Source of the DNA: Eubacteriales bacterium
GTDB lineage: Bacteria > Bacillota > Clostridia > Oscillospirales > QAKW01
DNA: 64,000 nt
Reading direction: 5' to 3'
Assembly (NCBI GenBank): GCA_045636365.1
Contig: JAZTXG010000029.1
Location: 22,086-86,085 of the forward strand
Made by a program: the position numbers and the translations under genes. Below the pieces are notes generated by a model that made no database searches, was not told the DNA's origin, and saw nothing but the letters and a program-made list of their open reading frames with translations. Positions 9,358-19,247 of the stretch are shown piece after piece. Position 1 is the stretch's first letter, and every line of letters begins with the position of its first letter.

Positions 9358-10593
9358 TTAATCTTGCTCGTTGATTTCCTTAATGGCTCTCAAGATGCCC
9401 AGCCGACCGCTCTCAAAGGTCAGCCCGCCCTGCAAAAAGACGATATAGGGCGGCTTGATGGGACCATCGGCGGAAAGCTCGATGGATGCGCCCATCACAA
9501 AAGCACCCGCTGCCATCACCACCGGTGCATCATAGCCCGGCATATCCCACGCTTCGGGGGTGACAAAGCTATCCACCGGAGAGCCTGCTTGAATTCCTTT
9601 GCAGAAAGCCAGCATCCGCTCGGGGGAGCCCACAGTCAGGGTCTGAATAATATCATAGCGGGGGGCATCGTGGGCAGGGGCGCACTCGCAACCCATCTGC
9701 TCCAGCATCGCTGCAGCGAACATCGCTGTCTTTTTCGCTTGCAGCACCACATGGGGCGCTAAAAACAGCCCTTGATACAGTTCTCTTAAAATGCTCAAAG
9801 TGCAGCCGCTTTCTCTGCCGATGCCGGCGGAGGTCAGCCGATAGGAGCAAAGCTCGATCAGGTCGGCGCGGCCTGCAATGTAGCCGCCGGTGGGGGCGAT
9901 ACCGCCGCCCGCATTTTTAATTAAGGAGCCTGCCATCAGGTCGGCGCCGTAGTAGGTGGGTTCGTGCCGTTCGCAGAACTCGCCGTAGCAGTTATCCACC
10001 ATCACGATGACATCGGAGCGGATCTCATGGACAAACTGCGCCACTCGCCCGATCTCCTTGGAGGATAAGGTGGGGCGCTCTTGATAGCCCTTGGATTTCT
10101 GCAAAAAGACCATCTTGACCTTGGGCTGCTCCAAGGCTTTTTCCAAGCCGGCATAATCGATCTCGCCGTCTTTAAGATTCAGCTGCTGATATTCAATGCC
10201 GAAATCCGCCAGCGAACCGTCGCCGTTGGGCTGCAGGCCGATGACTTCGTCTAATGTATCATAAGGCTTGCCGGTGGCCGCCAGCATAATATCGCCGGGG
10301 CGCAGAACACCGAAGAGCGCCACGGTGAGGGTATGGGTACCGGAAATGAAATGGGGGCGAACCAACGCGTCCTCCGCTTCCAGCGCGCGGGCGAAGACTT
10401 TATCTAAAGTATCGCGGCCGCGATCTCCGTAGCCATAGCCGGTGGAGCCGGCAAAATGGGCTTCGCTGACCCGCTCTTCCCGAAAGGCTTCCATCACCCG
10501 CTCAGTGGTAAAAAAGGAGATCTCTTCCGCTTCCTTCACCGCGGGGGCGATCATCTCCATTGCTTTTTGATCTGCTTTTTGAATATCAAACAT
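9358..10593 (-). CDS. Methionine gamma-lyase-family PLP enzyme (YnbB/aluminium-resistance type)
   Basis: STGYGY.D.GRD, VDNCYGEF, GSLIKNAGGG, SIELSADGP. Confidence 0.9.
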   Translation of the reverse strand: MFDIQKADQKAMEMIAPAVKEAEEISFFTTERVMEAFREERVSEAHFAGSTGYGYGDRGRDTLDKVFARALEAEDALVRPHFISGTHTLTVALFGVLRPGDIMLAATGKPYDTLDEVIGLQPNGDGSLADFGIEYQQLNLKDGEIDYAGLEKALEQPKVKMVFLQKSKGYQERPTLSSKEIGRVAQFVHEIRSDVIVMVDNCYGEFCERHEPTYYGADLMAGSLIKNAGGGIAPTGGYIAGRADLIELCSYRLTSAGIGRESGCTLSILRELYQGLFLAPHVVLQAKKTAMFAAAMLEQMGCECAPAHDAPRYDIIQTLTVGSPERMLAFCKGIQAGSPVDSFVTPEAWDMPGYDAPVVMAAGAFVMGASIELSADGPIKPPYIVFLQGGLTFESGRLGILRAIKEINEQD

Positions 10594-10695
10594 AGATATG
10601 CTCCTTCAATTTTCAATTCGACAAAATATATTATATACTTTTATGAAAAAAAGGTCAATAAAAATTCCGCAGTGCTTGGCCCTGCGGAATTTTCT

Positions 10696-10941
10696 TCAAT
10701 TGTCCAGATAGGATTTTACCAATTCGCCCAAAAGCTCATCCCGATCAATCTTGCGGATCAGGGCGCGGGCATTATTATGATTGGTAATGTAGGTGGGATC
10801 TTCGCTCAAAATATAACCAACGATCTGGTTCAGGGGGTTATATCCTTTTTCCTTCAGCGCATCATAAACGGTGGCGAGAATGTCGCGCATTTCTAATTGC
10901 TCGTCTTTTTTGATTTTAAAGGAAATCGTTTCTTGTCTCAT
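10696..10941 (-). CDS. ireB: IreB/ReoM (UPF0297) regulatory phosphoprotein
   Basis: [44 protein letters not shown]. Confidence 0.95.
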   Translation of the reverse strand: MRQETISFKIKKDEQLEMRDILATVYDALKEKGYNPLNQIVGYILSEDPTYITNHNNARALIRKIDRDELLGELVKSYLDN

Positions 10942-11001
10942 CGGTTCAAACCTCCTGCTCGATATATATTCATTATATACTGATTTTTGGAATAATACAA
11001 G

Positions 11002-13362
11002 TTATTTTTTCATCGGGATCCCTTGGGCATCCAGATCGGCGATCACTTGGTCGACCACCGCCATAACCTCGTCCTTGGTCAGGGTACGCTCGTTATTGGA
11101 GAAGAGGATGCGGATGGTGATGGATTTGCCGCTGGCGTCCTGATAGGTATCGTAGACCTTCACCGACTTGATCCAGGGGCAGTTTGCCTTGGCGATGGCA
11201 TCGCCGATGGGGGCAAATTTTTGGCTGATAAAGGTGACGTCGATCTCCATTTCGGGGTACTTGGAAGGCTCCTGATAGGTGATGGAAGCATTCTTTTGCT
11301 CGGCAAAGGTTGCCATATCGATCTCGGCAAAAACAATGGCTGCCTTTTTATCGATCTTCTTGGCAATGGTGGGATGGCAGATGCCCATCTCGCCCAGTTT
11401 GATGCCGTTCATATAAATCTCGTTGAGATTGCGGGGGTGCTGATAGGATTTGGTCGCCTGCGCGGCCTTGAAGGTCAGCGCGGTATGGCGCAGATCATCC
11501 GCCATAATTGCCAGAATATCCCGCAGTTCGTAGTAAAGGGCTTCCACGCTCTTGGTCTTATCAAAGAGGGTGATGCAAAGCTTTTTGCGCTCATCGCAGA
11601 ATCCGTCTTCCTTCAAGCCGTTGATAACCCGACCGATCTCGAAAACACCGAAGGACGGTGCATAAGCGGTGTTGGTCTTGACCTGGCAAAGCTGGGTGGG
11701 GATGATGGAGCGGCGGATGGTTTCGATGTTGGGGTTGGTGGCATTGACCAGCTTGATATTATCCTCTACCTCGATGCCCAATTCCTTATATTCATCGTAA
11801 TAAGCCCAGACATAAGAGTGCAGCTCGTGCAGAGAGAACCGCTTGACCAAAAGATCCTTGATCTTATCCTCCAAGGTCTTTTCTTCCGCGGCGCGCACCG
11901 GGTAGAGCGGCGCATTGGCGGTATGGATATCGAAGTTATCGTAGCCGTAGATGCGGGTGATTTCTTCGATGATATCCGCTTTCATGGTGACATCCTTGGT
12001 GGCGCGGTGGGAAGGAACGGTGACTTCAAAATCATCGCCCTTCATCGAAACGGTGAAGCCCAGCGCGGTCAAGGTCTTGGCGATGGTCTCGTTGGCAATT
12101 TCAATGCCGGTATAGCGATCGACAAATTTCTTATCAAAGGAAAGATGACGAACGGGATATTTGAATGCATATTCATCGGTCAGCGCGGAAACGACCTTGA
12201 CACCGCCATCGATCTCGGTCAAAAGCCGAACAAAGCGGGCGATGGCTGGAACGGTCATTTCGGGATCGAGGCACTTTTCGTAGCGCATCGAAGCATCGGT
12301 GCGGTGCGCCAAGCGAACGGTGCTCTTGCGGATGCTGACCGCGTCGAAGGTGGCCGATTCCAAAGTCAGGCGGGTGGTATCTTCCACAATTTCGCTGTCC
12401 AGACCGCCCATAATACCCGCGATGGCGACAGGAGTATCGCCGTTGCAGATCATCAGGGTGTTTTCGTCGCAGTTGCGATCGATGCCGTCTAAGGTGCGGA
12501 AGGTATGGGGCGCATCAAAGCGCTTGATGCGCAGCTTTTCCACCTTGCGGGAATCAAAAGCGTGCATCGGCTGGCCCATCTCCAGCATCAGGTAGTTGGT
12601 CAGGTCTGCCAGCAGATTGATGGCGCGCATTCCGCAGTAGAAAAGGCGGATCCGCATATTCATCGGGCTGACGGTCTTGGTGATATTTTCCACCTGCAAG
12701 CAGGAATAGCGCTGGCAGAGGGGATCTTCGATCTTCATATCTACCTTGGGCAGATGATCGTAGGCCGCCAGATCCACGCAATCGAGGGGCTTTAAGGGGC
12801 GGTCGATCAGCGCCGCAAATTCGCGGGCGATGCCGTAGTGACCCCAAAGGTCGGGGCGGTTGGTGAGGGATTTATTATCTACCTCGAAGATGATATCGTC
12901 GATATCGTAGATCTCCTTGATGGGAGTACCCAGCGGGAAATCTTCGGTGATGTCCATAATTCCTTCGTGGTCCTCGGAAATGCCCAACTCCCGCTCGGAG
13001 CAACACATACCATTAGAGGTATAGCCTGCCAAAGCGCGGGGGGCGATGGTGATCTCGCCGATTCTGGCACCCAAAGGAGCAAAGGCGGTTTTCATACCGA
13101 CCCGAACGTTGGGCGCACCGCAGACAACGTCTTGCAGCTCGCCGCTGCCCATATCCACCTTCAGAAGGTGCAGTTTCTTGGATTCGGGATGCTCGGCAAC
13201 CTCTTTGATCTCTGCCAGAACGATTCCCTCAATATCGCTGCCCTTGAAGAAGATCTCATTTTCAACCTCGGCGGTGGAAAGGGAAAATTGATTGATCAGC
13301 TTTAATTTATCCAATCCGGAAAAATCCACATAGTCGGATAACCAATTCATTGATAAAAACAT
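11002..13362 (-). CDS. pheT: Phenylalanine-tRNA ligase beta subunit
   Basis: VVCGAPN, GMCCSERELG, GQPMHAFD, DIIEEITRIYGY; FDX-ACB C-terminus; follows pheS. Confidence 0.95.
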   Translation of the reverse strand: MFLSMNWLSDYVDFSGLDKLKLINQFSLSTAEVENEIFFKGSDIEGIVLAEIKEVAEHPESKKLHLLKVDMGSGELQDVVCGAPNVRVGMKTAFAPLGARIGEITIAPRALAGYTSNGMCCSERELGISEDHEGIMDITEDFPLGTPIKEIYDIDDIIFEVDNKSLTNRPDLWGHYGIAREFAALIDRPLKPLDCVDLAAYDHLPKVDMKIEDPLCQRYSCLQVENITKTVSPMNMRIRLFYCGMRAINLLADLTNYLMLEMGQPMHAFDSRKVEKLRIKRFDAPHTFRTLDGIDRNCDENTLMICNGDTPVAIAGIMGGLDSEIVEDTTRLTLESATFDAVSIRKSTVRLAHRTDASMRYEKCLDPEMTVPAIARFVRLLTEIDGGVKVVSALTDEYAFKYPVRHLSFDKKFVDRYTGIEIANETIAKTLTALGFTVSMKGDDFEVTVPSHRATKDVTMKADIIEEITRIYGYDNFDIHTANAPLYPVRAAEEKTLEDKIKDLLVKRFSLHELHSYVWAYYDEYKELGIEVEDNIKLVNATNPNIETIRRSIIPTQLCQVKTNTAYAPSFGVFEIGRVINGLKEDGFCDERKKLCITLFDKTKSVEALYYELRDILAIMADDLRHTALTFKAAQATKSYQHPRNLNEIYMNGIKLGEMGICHPTIAKKIDKKAAIVFAEIDMATFAEQKNASITYQEPSKYPEMEIDVTFISQKFAPIGDAIAKANCPWIKSVKVYDTYQDASGKSITIRILFSNNERTLTKDEVMAVVDQVIADLDAQGIPMKK

Positions 13363-13383
13363 AGTTCTTTTCTCTCCTTTCCT

Positions 13384-14436
13384 TTATTCATCGTCGGTGA
13401 ACTGCGCCAGAGTTTTCAAACTGCCGGAGTTCAGGTCGCGGATGTCTTTGACGCCGTATTTCATCATGGCCAAGCGGGTAAGACCCAAGCCAAAGGCAAA
13501 GCCGGTATATTCTTCGGGATCAATGCCGCCGTCCTTCAAAACTTCGGGATGGATCATGCCGCAGGGGCAAAGCTCCAGCCAGCCGCTGTGTTTGCAGGAG
13601 GGGCAGCCTTCGCCGCCGCAGATCAGGCAGCTGATGTCCAGCTCGAATCCGGGCTCAACGAAGGGGAAGAAGCCGGGGCGCAGCCGAACATTGATGTCCT
13701 TTTGGAACACCTCCGAAAGCATCGTCTTCATAAAATAGATGAGGTTGGAGATGGAGATATTTTTATCCACCATCACGCCTTCCATCTGGAAGAAGGTGTT
13801 CTCGTGGCAAGCATCGGTGGCTTCGTTGCGGAAGCAGCGGCCGGGGAAGATCGCCTTGATGGGAACACCGTCGTTGATCAGCGCATCCTTATATTTGCGG
13901 TAGATGGCATTTTGCGCCGCGCTGGTCTGGCTCTTTAAAAGCTGACCGTTCTCCAGATAATAAGTGTCCTGCATATCGCGGGCAGGATGGTGCTTGGGAA
14001 TGTTCAGCGATTCAAAGCATTCGTAGTCGGTCACCACTTCGGCATAGTCTTCCACCGTGAAACCCATCGATTTGAAGATGGTCTCGCATTGGCGCTGCAC
14101 CAAGGTGATGGGATGATAACTGCCCCGCTGCAGATCGGCAGGGGTGGAGATATCAAATTCCGGCATCGCGTTGATTTCCGCTTCCAATTCCTTTTCTTTG
14201 ATCTCGGCTAATTTTTCGGTAATTTTCTGCGCCGCTTCGTTCTTGAGAATGTTCACCTTCTGACCGAAGTCCTTTTTCTCTTCGATCGAAAGATCCTTCA
14301 TACCCTTGAGCAGACCGGTAATGGAACCGTTCTTGCCCAGATAGTCCACGCGGATCTCTTCGGTCTCCTGCGCGTTCTGCGCTGCGGCGAGCTTTGCGAG
14401 AAATTCTTCCCGCAGTTGTTCAACCTTGTTGTTCAT
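13384..14436 (-). CDS. pheS: Phenylalanine-tRNA ligase alpha subunit
   Basis: HPARDMQDT, FRNE, FQMEG, FPFVEP, GFAFGLG. Confidence 0.97.
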   Translation of the reverse strand: MNNKVEQLREEFLAKLAAAQNAQETEEIRVDYLGKNGSITGLLKGMKDLSIEEKKDFGQKVNILKNEAAQKITEKLAEIKEKELEAEINAMPEFDISTPADLQRGSYHPITLVQRQCETIFKSMGFTVEDYAEVVTDYECFESLNIPKHHPARDMQDTYYLENGQLLKSQTSAAQNAIYRKYKDALINDGVPIKAIFPGRCFRNEATDACHENTFFQMEGVMVDKNISISNLIYFMKTMLSEVFQKDINVRLRPGFFPFVEPGFELDISCLICGGEGCPSCKHSGWLELCPCGMIHPEVLKDGGIDPEEYTGFAFGLGLTRLAMMKYGVKDIRDLNSGSLKTLAQFTDDE

Positions 14437-14469
14437 AACATCTATCCTTTCAAATTTTTAACTAAAAAT

Positions 14470-14715
14470 AAAAAATCCCGCCCCCAAATAGGGACGAGAT
14501 CAAAATAAACCCGTGTTACCACCCTGATTCCGAAAAACATTTTTCGGCACTCATTGACGCTTTTTTTAACGGGAAAGCCACCGTTGCTTTTTCCGAAAGC
14601 ACCGCTCCTGAGTTGAATATCAATGCCGCTCCTTCGCTCGGGTGCTTTCAGCCGGTGGCAACCCTTCTCTTCTCGCGGGAAATCAGCATCTTTTTACGCT
14701 CATTCATTGCGTTTT
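14470..14715 (-). ncRNA. T-box leader, Phe specifier (UUC)
   Basis: Minus strand has AGAGA and GCTGAAA stem-I motifs, TTC specifier at 14615-14617, T-box AATCAGGGTGGTAACACGG at 14511-14529, then a terminator; upstream of pheS. Confidence 0.9.
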
Positions 14716-14844
14716 CAATTATTCTATCACAAGCAATTTGAAAAATCAACACTTTTTTAAGATCGGTTAAAATATTATAATATTGAAATTATCATAAAAT
14801 TGTGATAAAATAATAAATTAGAAATGAATTCGGAGGTTTCAATT

Positions 14845-15327
14845 ATGGAAAATTTTATTGAATACAGCCTTCCTTATAAGATGACCATGAAGGATCGCGC
14901 GATGCAGATGGTCTATACCGTTGCGCCGATGGCGGCGGGCGTTGTTCTCATTATGAATCTTGGGTTGATAGGGATCGCCCTTTGCGCAGGCCTTTGCTAT
15001 CTTGCTTATCGACTGTATCTTTCCTTTTTTTATGAGTTGGAATATACCCTTTTGGAAGAAGAAATCAGCTTTGCTAAGATCATCAATCGGGAGCGCCGCA
15101 AGGAGCTTTTGAAGGCAAGCATTGCCAAGACCGAGTGCTACGGGCCCATTGCCAACCGCCCTGCGGTGCAATGCCAAACCCGCTCCTTCCTTTCCAATCA
15201 AGGGGAAGAACCGGAATATTATTGGATCACCTTTGATGAAAAGGGCAATAAGGTTTGCATTTTGTTCCAGCCTACTGAGGCTGTTTTAGAGGTCTTTGCT
15301 GTTCGCGCAAGGGGTAAATTGCGTTGA
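14845..15327 (+). CDS. Hypothetical membrane protein (DUF6106-like)
   Basis: Two TM helices then ELEYTL....ISFAKIINRERRK; RBS ggagg. Confidence 0.7.
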   Translation: MENFIEYSLPYKMTMKDRAMQMVYTVAPMAAGVVLIMNLGLIGIALCAGLCYLAYRLYLSFFYELEYTLLEEEISFAKIINRERRKELLKASIAKTECYGPIANRPAVQCQTRSFLSNQGEEPEYYWITFDEKGNKVCILFQPTEAVLEVFAVRARGKLR

Positions 15328-16718
15328 AGATCGTAACTCCTTCTCAAATGAAGAGGATGGATCAGCGGGCGGTGGAAGAAGGCTTGTTTTCTTCGCTGCG
15401 GCTGATGCAAAATGCCGCCGAAGCATTGTACCGTTCGGTTACTGCCTTGATGGAAGCGCAGGGATATTCCCGCGTTCTGTTGCTGGCGGGCAGCGGTAAT
15501 AATGGCGGCGATGCCTATGCGCATGCCTGCTTATTGCATCCGCTCTATCAGCCCGCCATTTTGCCGATCGATGCGCCCAAATCGGCCGATTGCATCTATT
15601 ATGCTAATCGCTGCAAAGAATTGGGTGTTCCCATCGTTTCAAGCCCTGCGGGCTTTGATTTGGTGGTAGATGGTGTCTTTGGCACCGGCTTTCGCGGGGA
15701 ACTGCCCCAAAAGGTGCAGGATATTTTTGCTCAAATCGATGCGCCGGTGGTGGCGATCGATCTCCCCAGCGGGATGGACGGCAATTCGGGGCTTTGCTCC
15801 CATGGGACCTTGCATCCGATTTTGACCATCACCTTTGCCTTTCAAAAACCCTGCCATCTGCTGGCCGATTGCGGCAAGGTGGAATTGGCGGATATCGGGA
15901 TTCCGCAAAGCTATGCGGATGAAATTGTTTTACAGGAACTGACCCCTGTCCTGCCCAAGCGCAGCCTTTGGGGGCATAAAAATTCCTATGGTGCGGTGGG
16001 GCTGACCGTCGGCTCTGCCGAATATAGTGGCGCGGCTGCTTTGGCGATCAAAGGCGCGCTGCAGAGCGGTGTTGGCTTGGTCTATGCCGATGTTCCGCAG
16101 GAGATTAAGCCTGCTTTGGCTAAAAAGTTTTACGGCCCGATTTTAAAGGATGGGGCTTGCGATGCCCGCCTGGTGGGCAGCGGCTTGGGAAGAAGCACCC
16201 AAGCGGAAAATATTTTGAAAGCGCGGTTGGAAGAATCCACTCCCTTGGTCATCGATGGGGACGGCTTATTCCATCTGCAAAAATTCCTTGCGCCTCGCAA
16301 GAGTTTAACTGTACTTACCCCGCATATTGGGGAGTTTGCCCGCTTGGTCGGGATGGAAAAAGAAACTCTTTTGCAAAATCGCATTGCGATCGCAATGGAA
16401 TTTGCAAAGAAATATAATGTTATTTTAGTTTTAAAAGATGCCGCCACCTTGGTTACCGATGGGGAGCGCGCCGAAATGTTATCGGCGCCCTGCTCGGCGC
16501 TGGGGAAAGGCGGCAGCGGCGATGTTCTGGCGGGTTTGATTGCGGGAATGTTGGCGGGGAAGGGTGAACCCTTCGATCTGGTCAAGACCGCGGTCTGGCT
16601 GCATAACCGCGCCGCGCATTTAGCGGCGGCGGAGCATAGCGTTCGCGCCCTGCAGCCGGAGCAGATTGCTGATTATATTGATAATGCTTGGATGGAGCTT
16701 GAAGATGGAACATTTTAA
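15324..16718 (+). CDS. nnr: Bifunctional NAD(P)HX epimerase/dehydratase (NnrE-NnrD)
   Basis: GSGNNGGD, DGVFGTG, DLPSG, TPHIGEF, GGSGDVLAG. Confidence 0.9.
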   Translation: MKIVTPSQMKRMDQRAVEEGLFSSLRLMQNAAEALYRSVTALMEAQGYSRVLLLAGSGNNGGDAYAHACLLHPLYQPAILPIDAPKSADCIYYANRCKELGVPIVSSPAGFDLVVDGVFGTGFRGELPQKVQDIFAQIDAPVVAIDLPSGMDGNSGLCSHGTLHPILTITFAFQKPCHLLADCGKVELADIGIPQSYADEIVLQELTPVLPKRSLWGHKNSYGAVGLTVGSAEYSGAAALAIKGALQSGVGLVYADVPQEIKPALAKKFYGPILKDGACDARLVGSGLGRSTQAENILKARLEESTPLVIDGDGLFHLQKFLAPRKSLTVLTPHIGEFARLVGMEKETLLQNRIAIAMEFAKKYNVILVLKDAATLVTDGERAEMLSAPCSALGKGGSGDVLAGLIAGMLAGKGEPFDLVKTAVWLHNRAAHLAAAEHSVRALQPEQIADYIDNAWMELEDGTF

Positions 16719-17814
16719 ACGAACCTGGGCGGAGATTGATCTTTCCGCCATCGGTGAAAACTATCATAAGGTCCGCGCGCAGGTAGGGAAAACCTGCAAG
16801 ATCATGGCGGTGGTCAAAGCCAATGCCTATGGGCATGGTGTGGACCATGTGGCCCCTTATCTGGCGCGGCTGGGCGCCGATTTCTTTGGGGTTTCCTGCC
16901 TGCAGGAAGCCATGGAGCTGAAGGAATTAGGCTTAAATCAACCTATTTTGATTTTGGGCTATACCCCGGAGCGGCATTTTGCTCAGCTGATTGCCGAGGG
17001 GATCAGCCAGGCGGTATTCAGCATGGAAGATGCCCGCGCCCTTTCCGCTGCGGCGGTGGCGCTGGGAAAGACCGCCAAGGTGCATATTGCGCTGGATACC
17101 GGCATGGGCAGAATCGGGTTTGATGCTTTTGATGCTTCGTCTGCTGCAAGAGATGCGCAGGCGGTGGCGGATCTGCCCAATATCGAAGCGGAAGGGTTGT
17201 TTACCCATTTTTCCGTTGCCGATACCAATGGGGAAGAAGCCTATACCGATGCGCAGTTTGAGCGGTTTATGCAGGTGCGCGAGCTGCTGCAGCAGCGGGG
17301 GCTGAATCCTATCTGCCATTGCGCCAACAGCGCGGGAACTTTTTTGAACCCCAAGTATCATCTGGATATGGTGCGGGCAGGGATTGTTCTTTATGGTCTG
17401 GAGCCGGGCGGCAGGGAAAATCCTTTCCAACCGGCAATGACGGTTAAGACATTGATTTCTTTCGTAAAGGATCTGCCTGCAGGGCGCGATCTCAGCTACG
17501 GGCGACGGTATACCACCGAAAAAACCTGCCGCGTCGCCACCCTGAGCGCAGGGTATGCCGATGGCTATCCCCGCAGCCTTTCGGGGAAAGGATATGTCTT
17601 GATCGGCGGTAAAAAAGCAAAGATTTTAGGAAACATTTGCATGGACCAGATGATGGTGGATGTTTCCGAAATCCCTTGCAAAGCAGGGGAGGAAGCCATC
17701 TTATTGGGCAGCGGCATTGATTTCAATGAGGTTGCCAAAGAGCTTGGCACCATTCATTATGAACTCATCTGCGGTATTGGCAAGCGCGTACCGCGGATTG
17801 TAAAGGAGAAATAA
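16705..17814 (+). CDS. alr: Alanine racemase
   Basis: AVVKANAYGHG, DTGMGRIG, GYADG, ICMDQ. Confidence 0.97.
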   Translation: MEHFKRTWAEIDLSAIGENYHKVRAQVGKTCKIMAVVKANAYGHGVDHVAPYLARLGADFFGVSCLQEAMELKELGLNQPILILGYTPERHFAQLIAEGISQAVFSMEDARALSAAAVALGKTAKVHIALDTGMGRIGFDAFDASSAARDAQAVADLPNIEAEGLFTHFSVADTNGEEAYTDAQFERFMQVRELLQQRGLNPICHCANSAGTFLNPKYHLDMVRAGIVLYGLEPGGRENPFQPAMTVKTLISFVKDLPAGRDLSYGRRYTTEKTCRVATLSAGYADGYPRSLSGKGYVLIGGKKAKILGNICMDQMMVDVSEIPCKAGEEAILLGSGIDFNEVAKELGTIHYELICGIGKRVPRIVKEK

Positions 17815-17815
17815 G

Positions 17816-18685
17816 ATGAATATTATCGAATTATTAAAGGTTGTGTTTCTCGGCATCGTGGAAGGCATCACCGAATGGCTGCCCATCAGCAGCACCGGTC
17901 ATATGCTTTTGGTGGATGCCTTTATGCAGCTGAAGGAAACCCCCGAATTTAAAGAGATGTTCTTCGTTGTCATCCAGCTGGGCGCCATTATGGCGGTGGT
18001 GCTGCTCTTTTGGAAGCGGATGTGGCCCTTTGGCATCAGCGAAAAGAAAGCGCCTATGATTAAAAAGGATATCTTTTCTATGTGGTTCAAGGTTGTGGCC
18101 GCCTGCATCCCCGGCGCGGTGATCACCATTGCTTTTGATGATATTATCGAAGAGTTTCTGAACGGAACCAAGGTCTTTGGCGGCAAAACCACGCTGATGG
18201 TCATCGTCATCGCGGTGGCATTGATTCTCTACGGTATCGGATTTATTCTGGTCGAAAAATGGAATAAAAAGCGTACCCCCCGCGTAAACTCCATCGAAGA
18301 ACTTACATATAAGGATGCCTTATTGATTGGCTTATTCCAAGTCCTTTCCATTATCCCCGGAACTTCCCGTTCCGGCTCCACCATCATCGGTGGGCTTTGC
18401 ATCGGTGTTTCCCGCGTGGCGGCAGCCGATTTCACCTTCTTCTTGGCGGTGCCTGTCATGCTGGGCTATTCGCTGCTGAAGGTGGCTAAATACTTCTTGG
18501 ATGGATTTTTCTTCTCGATGGCGCAGATCTGGATTCTTTTGATCGGTTGCTTGGTTGCCTTTGCGGTATCCATCGTGGTCATTAAGTTCCTGCTCAGCTA
18601 TATCAAGAAAAACGATTTCGCGGTCTTTGGTTGGTACCGCATCATTTTGGGTATCATCGTTTTAGGCTTTTTCCTAATCTTTTAA
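17816..18685 (+). CDS. uppP: Undecaprenyl-diphosphate phosphatase
   Basis: EGITEWLPISSTGH, PGTSRSG. Confidence 0.95.
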   Translation: MNIIELLKVVFLGIVEGITEWLPISSTGHMLLVDAFMQLKETPEFKEMFFVVIQLGAIMAVVLLFWKRMWPFGISEKKAPMIKKDIFSMWFKVVAACIPGAVITIAFDDIIEEFLNGTKVFGGKTTLMVIVIAVALILYGIGFILVEKWNKKRTPRVNSIEELTYKDALLIGLFQVLSIIPGTSRSGSTIIGGLCIGVSRVAAADFTFFLAVPVMLGYSLLKVAKYFLDGFFFSMAQIWILLIGCLVAFAVSIVVIKFLLSYIKKNDFAVFGWYRIILGIIVLGFFLIF

Positions 18686-18732
18686 GTAATAAAAAATGCG
18701 TAGTGCAAAAGCACTACGCATTTTTTTACACA

Positions 18733-19128
18733 TTAATCGTTGCAGCGGGCGCGGATCAGGCAGGCGGCAGAACTCAGCAGGAAAGCAAAGAAAAAGAGGA
18801 GCAAGCCGATAAAGATCGCGCCTACAACGCTGGTGGCGGCAAAGGTGACGCCCAAGAGAACGACAGCGATCAAAGCCGTCCCCAGCGCACCGACCAAAAG
18901 GCCGGAGAGAGCGAAGCATCCGCATCCGTCATCCCGACGGCAGCAGGGCGTAAGCAGACCGATCGCCAAAAAGCCGACAGCGACACCCAAAAGCACCCAA
19001 AGAAAAGCGGGAGCCACGGTGATGACCGCAGTGATCTGCAAAAACGCGGCGATGATGCCGATGATCAAGCTGGCAACAAACGCCAAAGGCGTGCAGTTGC
19101 ATCTACATTCACAATTCATAAATGCCAT
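18733..19128 (-). CDS. Small Cys-containing membrane protein, likely sporulation-expressed
   Basis: Four hydrophobic segments and Cys clusters; RBS ggaggtg; SigK-like promoter upstream. Confidence 0.7.
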   Translation of the reverse strand: MAFMNCECRCNCTPLAFVASLIIGIIAAFLQITAVITVAPAFLWVLLGVAVGFLAIGLLTPCCRRDDGCGCFALSGLLVGALGTALIAVVLLGVTFAATSVVGAIFIGLLLFFFAFLLSSAACLIRARCND

Positions 19129-19148
19129 ATTAATTTCACCTCCGATAC

Positions 19149-19181
19149 AGTATATGAAAACGGCGGCTGCGGGGTGTCGAA
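19149..19181 (-). promoter_or_regulatory. SigK/SigE-like promoter with overlapping 0A box
   Basis: CACC-N16-CATATACT on the minus strand; TGTCGAA at 19175-19181. Confidence 0.5.
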
Positions 19182-19247
19182 AAAGGGATGACAAATGAAA
19201 AATCCTATGATATAATCATTGGGTAATTTTTAAGAAAGAGCAATGCT

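Noticed and set aside
910-10941. Functional link between the kinase at 6822 and nearby kinase substrates GlmM and IreB
   Set aside because: Different operons and strands; those proteins are known substrates of PASTA kinases, so proximity alone is not evidence
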